This document shows positions 61,544 through 64,000 of a DNA stretch of 64,000 nucleotides, piece by piece (position 1 is the first letter of the stretch; every line of letters starts with the position of its first letter). The position numbers and the translations under genes were made by a program. The DNA comes from the human T2T-CHM13v2.0 reference genome, Homo sapiens. Below the pieces are notes generated by a model. The model did no database searches and was not told the origin of the DNA. It was given only the letters and a program-made list of their open reading frames with translations. The stretch lies in NCBI RefSeq assembly GCF_009914755.1, contig NC_060926.1; one strand, given 5' to 3'.

Positions 61544-62316
61544 TTGAACCAAGTGAACATATCATCTCTTCAGTAAATATGCAGATATAATTTAAAGGAG
61601 TAAAAGATTGGGCCTTCTCTCTAGACGAGAAGTCACGGAAGTAGGAGGAACAGGACAGCCATGATGCCTTGTCCCTCACATGCCAGCCTCCACCTGGGAC
61701 TAAGCATCAACTGATTCATGATGGATGGATCCTGGGAGCTCCTGAGAACCCGCAGAGACCAATGCTCCATGCTCTTGCTGTACACACAGCACACATACCC
61801 CAGAGCCCAATTTACCTCCTTCTCCACCTACTGGCCCCTTTTCCATGTATTACGCTCATCAGGAAACGAGGATTGTGTGTTTGAGTGCTGCAATCAGTAA
61901 AGGAAATGGCACCGATCACCTGTCCCCTATTCTTTCTGGTTCTCTAAAGGCATCCCTTTGAGTCTGGGGAGGGTTGGAATTAGCGGGGGGTACAGTGGGA
62001 TTTCTTGTCTGAGCAGAGCCTGGGGAGTAGGGATTACCTTCCTCACAGGCGTGGCCTGGTCAGGATGGGTCCGCAGCAATGCTCCTCACCCTAGATGGCC
62101 CTCACAGGGTACTCTGCCTCTTCCAGGGACACTCCCTACCTTCTGACAGCTCCAGCTCCCCAAGGGTAAGGAAAAGAAAACAGAAGGAAGGGTTTTCCCT
62201 CTCATCCTGTTATCGTTCCCAAGGCCTGGTCATAATATAGAGGATGCCTACTAACTAAATAGCTCAGCTGCTTTAACTCAATTAGGGAAACAAGATTAAT
62301 AATAGAAAACATCCCT

Positions 62317-62727
<411 letters not shown>

Positions 62728-64000
62728 CTATATGAACTTTGCTTCTCTACGAGGCCAGGGGAGCAACACTCACAGAACACCTCTCTGTGGACATGGCCTG
62801 ACCCCTGCGTTTTCCTTGTCAGCTCAATCCCCACATTCAGTCGTGATGAGCGGCCTTTTGCAAATCCCCTACGCACTCTGCTCTGCAGCAGCAATATGCA
62901 TACACTGTGTAATTTAATCCTGTCGGGTGGAACTGCCGTCTCCATTTGCAGAAGAGGGCTTCAGGGATGCTAAATCCGTTATCCAATTGGACTAAGAGTC
63001 AGACGGGTTTTCTCTCCTCCCCGCCCGCCCCGTCCCTGTCTTTGGGAAAGCAGCCCTGCCAGGTCCTGTTTCCTGTCCCCCCCCAATTCCAACCCTCCCC
63101 CGGTGCAAGAGCCACCCACTTCCTCCAGGGAGGCATCCTCCACCCTCATGCTGGGCTTTGGCAGTTTTACGACTCCATCAGTGCTAAGAGTGCGTTTTAA
63201 TGAATGGACCATCGACAGCAATTCATCAATTAGTTAAAAGTTGGATCAGATCAATTCTCCCATGGGGTTTGGCTCCAACCGCTTCCTGGAAAGAATGCCG
63301 GCTGTGTTCTCCACTCCACCTCAGTCTCCACCCTACGGCTTCTGATCTGTCTGGTGCCAGTGTGAAATAAATCTATCTAAAGCCAGAGAGAAGAGATCCA
63401 TTTCATTTTGTTAAGCTGTGCTCTTTTGTAGGTCACTTTTAAAATCAACAAGTCAAATGCTTTAAAATCAAGAAATAAAGCAATTTCATTCGCATAGTTT
63501 CCCATTGTGCAACGCCTTGTTGTCCTAGAGAGGGAGAGGTGGAGATATTCAGAGTGCCAAGCTTGATGGATCAGATATGGGGCAGAGCGACCATGTGGAA
63601 ATCACTCAGGAGGCAGGGTGCCAGCCGAAACCAGGGGTTCATGAGGAGCCAGTAGCTTCTCCCAGATGCTTGGCCCATAACTCATCACCAGGGCACACTG
63701 GCACCTGCTGGGGAGTAAACAAAGTCCTGGGTGTTGAGTCCTTTTCTCTTGCTGGCTATTAATGGCCTTTGTCTTCTCTTCTGGGCTAGTATCTTGCGGC
63801 AGGGATTGAGAAAGACCAAGTTAATAATCGTTCTTCCTTTCTTCCTTATAACCGAACTCAGATTCAATTCAAGGAAGCAATGTGTCCTGCTAAAAAGCTA
63901 AATTTCCCAGCCACTCAGCAATGCCATGTGGGCCTCTTACACAGTTTTTAAAAGGAGATTAAATGGAAGATCTTGGGTGAAGCTTCTAGGAAATCCTCTT

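Overview
Primate (almost certainly human) euchromatic non-coding DNA, either intergenic or intronic. It carries about 37 Alu elements or monomers, old L1, L2 and MIR fragments, seven or eight LTRs (THE1, MER11/HML-8, MER4, MER67-like, MER39-like, MLT1) and several DNA transposons (MER1A, MER45A, MER58B, MER119, Tigger13a), plus microsatellites and VNTRs. I found no supportable protein-coding exon, RNA gene or CRISPR array; the ORF track is Alu-, simple-repeat- or GC-derived noise. I cannot name the locus, and I see no new multi-gene system. The best second-look items are: (i) a 13-nt telomeric TAGGGTTAGGGTT wedged between an Alu 5' end and its apparent TSD; (ii) a divergent pair of strong CTCF motifs at 49.7 and 52.7 kb, the second in a CpG patch next to a CpG-preserving Alu; (iii) four AGGTCA half-sites within 142 bp at 48.3-48.5 kb; (iv) a ~93-bp segment copied from one MLT1 LTR into another; (v) a 72-bp tandem duplication with a templated junction; (vi) homeodomain, AP-1 and MEF2 motif clusters in repeat-poor blocks. 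Repeat family names come from remembered consensus sequences, not a search. Boundaries without a stated TSD are approximate.
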